From Eledone cirrhosa (Eukaryota), in contig OZ024743.1 in assembly GCA_964016885.1 (NCBI GenBank), positions 91,326,001 through 91,390,000 of the forward strand: DNA of 64,000 nt, given 5' to 3'. Both the position numbers and the translations under genes were made by a program. Shown here in pieces: positions 62,238 to 64,000 of this stretch. The notes under the pieces are model-generated. The model was given only the letters and a program-made list of their open reading frames with translations, had not been told where the DNA came from and did not search any database. The first letter of the stretch is position 1. The number at the start of each line of letters is the position of its first letter.

Positions 62238-62718
62238 ATCATCATCATCATCATCAACATTTAACATCCGTGTTCCACGCTTGCATGGGTTTGGACGGGG
62301 GTATTCCCACTTGAGGCAAGAGTGATTGTCTTGCTCGCATAGGACTATCTGGCAGGTTTTCTACAGCTGGATGCCCTTCCTAACACCAACCACATTTACA
62401 GTGTGGGTCTGGGAGGTTTTTACCGTGTTGCCTACACGGCCACATTACAGCGTGGACTGTGTGTTTTTTGTCGTGACACCTACACGACCTCATTTGTTTC
62501 GGCCTGGATGTTGTGGCACCAACATAACTTTACATAGAAGGGGGCGGTGTGGATGGGGTGGGGGTGGTGGGACGGGGGTGTATTTTGTTAGAGATGCCTA
62601 CTGACTGTAGTAGGTTTTACTATGTATTTAGGTAAGGCGAGTCTTCTCTATTACTGAGTACCGCCAAAGGTCTCGGTCCAGTGACATTGTCTTGGAGAGG
62701 TGTGTGTGAGGTCGGAGT

Positions 62719-62720
<2 letters not shown>
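62238..62720 (-). mobile_element. Short 3' fragment of the same RTE LINE
   Basis: Matches 47190-47645. Confidence 0.88.
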
Positions 62721-62768
<48 letters not shown>

Positions 62769-63414
62769 AGAAAGAAGAAACATTAGACATAAATAAAAAA
62801 AAAATATAAATACCCAATATTTCTCTACATTCTCGACTGTACAGTTTCGTGGCTACTTTGCAAAAACACTTTCTTTATAATGTATTATATAGCTCTGATA
62901 TAGAGTCAATCTAATTCATTCAGATTATTTTGTCCGTATTAATCATAGAGCAATAACAGTTAAGGTTGACACCACACAAATTCAGGGATATATGTGTGTA
63001 TATGCATGTATATGTATGTATTCGCATGTGTCTGTGTATTTCTTTTTATTGTCTATATATATGGCTTAGTGGTTAGAGCATTGGCCTTGCAATCGAAAGT
63101 TTGTGAGTTCAATTCTCAGGCTGGGTGATGTGTTGTTTCCTTAAGCAAGACACTTTATTTCACATTGCTCCAGTTTACTCAGCTGTAGAAATGAGATAAG
63201 GACTGGGGTCCCTATCATTCCACTTCAAAGTGGAGGTGCCACGGCAAAAAAGCACCCAGCACTCACTGTAAATGGGGTTGGTGTTAGGAAGGGCATCCAG
63301 CTGTAGAAATCAAGCCAGAATCAGTTCCCATCCCACCCTTGCAAGCAGGGAAAAAGCGGACGTAAAATGAAATGATGATGAAATGATGATGATACACACA
63401 CCCACACACACACA

Positions 63415-64000
63415 TATGTAGGGCTCCGTTCATTATTGTCCACCAGGCTATAACAGAGGAATTTAAGACTAGTTGCCCATAGGAACTCTTATACCCCAAC
63501 GATCTGACCCTCATAGTTGAATGTTTGACAGAATTAGAGAAGAAATTTTAGACATGGAGGCATAGCTTGGAGATAAAAGGCCTTAACCCTTTAGCATTCA
63601 CATTACTCTATATATACTATTGTATTTTTATGGTAAATGCTTTATCTCACATAATTATCTCACATAATATCGAATCTATGAGATTTTGATATTTATTTTG
63701 AGAACAATACCTTAACATCAGTATGAGCAGCTGGTTACAGCAAATTTGAAGAGAAAGAGGTGAGAGAATTCTGGATGGATATAGCCCGCTTAAATGCTAA
63801 AGGGTTAAAGTCAACCAGGCAAAGACCAAAATCCTAATGAGTAGAAAGGTAAACAGGGCCCTGATCCCCTGAGGGAAATATCCCTGCTCAATGTACAGGA
63901 AAGGAAAAGGTAGAAACTCAATCTTGTGTCCTAGATGCAAATTATGGGTATACAAGAGATATTGTGGGAAATCAGGCAGACTAGCCAAGAACTTTGTAGT
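63415..64000 (+). mobile_element. Older diverged RTE RT fragment interrupted by a MITE
   Basis: QAITEEFKTSCP*ELLYPNDLTLI..KGL|KVNQAKTK, followed by a Cys-rich remnant. Confidence 0.8.
63587..63804. mobile_element. piggyBac-type MITE with TTAA target duplication
   Basis: TTAA-ccctttagcatt ... aatgctaaaggg-TTAA; removing it restores the LINE sequence GLKVN. Confidence 0.85.

Overview
AT-rich, repeat-dense animal genomic DNA. The SINE/LINE repertoire and huge (TA/CA)n tracts suggest a cephalopod such as octopus (inference). One host gene is visible on the minus strand as four phase-1-joined exons (23030-22056, 8838-8662, 7148-6720, 4529-3220). It encodes a Cys-rich ectodomain + TSP1 + CUB + TM + long Ser/Pro/Lys-rich tail, the golden goal (gogo)/THSD1-like architecture; its signal-peptide exon was not found. 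The rest is mobile DNA: a near-complete frameshifted Penelope-like element (RT + GIY-YIG, inverted pseudo-LTR), an intact 1097-aa RTE LINE with a PHD-type insert, an R4/Dong-type element in (AAT)n, several SINE families, MITEs, TA satellites and a 200-N gap. The most striking signal invisible to the ORF track is a set of about ten type-I hammerhead-ribozyme folds from at least six sequence families, several with long helix II or variant cores and several in fold-back palindromes. One lies in a 591-nt non-coding retrozyme-like unit whose terminal direct repeat starts at the predicted self-cleavage site. All folds were assigned by eye; none is tested.
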